A stretch of DNA of 63,849 nt, filler included, from Octopus bimaculoides (taxonomy: Eukaryota), in NCBI RefSeq assembly GCF_001194135.2. It is 10 parts of 10 records of this genome, joined end to end, with 100 filler letters (N's around TTAATTAATTAA, not from the genome) between each part and the next. Parts side by side here need not be neighbours in the genome. Positions count along the whole stretch, not along the records: positions 62,738 to 63,849 come from NW_026413681.1; 9 more parts are not named here. The stretch is one strand, 5' to 3'. The notes under the pieces were generated by a model. It saw only the letters and a program-made list of their open reading frames with translations, did no database searches and was not told where the DNA came from. The translations under genes and the position numbers were made by a program. Positions 63,531 through 63,849 of this stretch are shown here, piece by piece (the stretch's first letter is position 1; the number at the start of each line of letters is the position of its first letter).

Positions 63531-63849
63531 CAGTGAGAGACCTGGGTATCGTCATGAGTGATGATACCTCTTTTCAAGTGCACATTACCAGGATGGCGAC
63601 AAAGTGCAGACGACATTCAGAAACAGAGATAAGGAAAGCATGATGGTCCTTCGGAAGACATTCGTCCTCAGCCGCCTGGATTACTGCTCACAGGTATGGT
63701 CACCCACCAGTGTGAAATTAACAGCGGATCTTGAAGCAATCCAGAGAAGATTCACAAAGAAGATTGATTCTTTGCAACTGCTCAGCTACTAAGAAAGGCT
63801 GAAACAGCTGAGACTCTACTCTCTGGAGAGAAGGCGGGAGAGGTATGCA
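63531..63849 (+). mobile_element. CR1-group LINE RT C-terminal fragment
   Basis: VRDLGIVMSDD.SF..HI...FVLSRLDYCSQVWSP....LEAIQRRFTKKI....SY*ERLKQLRLYSLERRRER. Confidence 0.92.

Overview
This is AT-rich, microsatellite-dense eukaryotic DNA with many assembly gaps. The SINE families and base composition point to an octopod cephalopod (Octopus-like); this is my inference, not a database match. Nine 100-bp spacers (44 N + TTAATTAATTAA + 44 N) show the window is about 10 separately assembled pieces joined together, so adjacency across them should not be treated as biological. Most of the sequence is microsatellite and decayed transposable elements: several tRNA-derived SINE families, mariner/Tc1 transposons, L1/Tx1, R4/Dong- and Hero/NeSL-like, RTE and CR1 LINE fragments, Penelope-like elements and a piggyBac-like MITE. 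The only convincing non-transposon coding sequence is an open ORF at 62002-62637. It carries two tandem MLLE (PABC) domains derived from cytoplasmic poly(A)-binding protein, has no recognisable RRMs, and runs into a gap. Other points of interest are two kinds of hammerhead-ribozyme-like motif in Penelope-type repeats, TAA-microsatellite-associated LINE and SINE families, and an unclassified direct-plus-inverted duplication at the start of the window. Most ORFs in the supplied track are artefacts of microsatellites or N runs.
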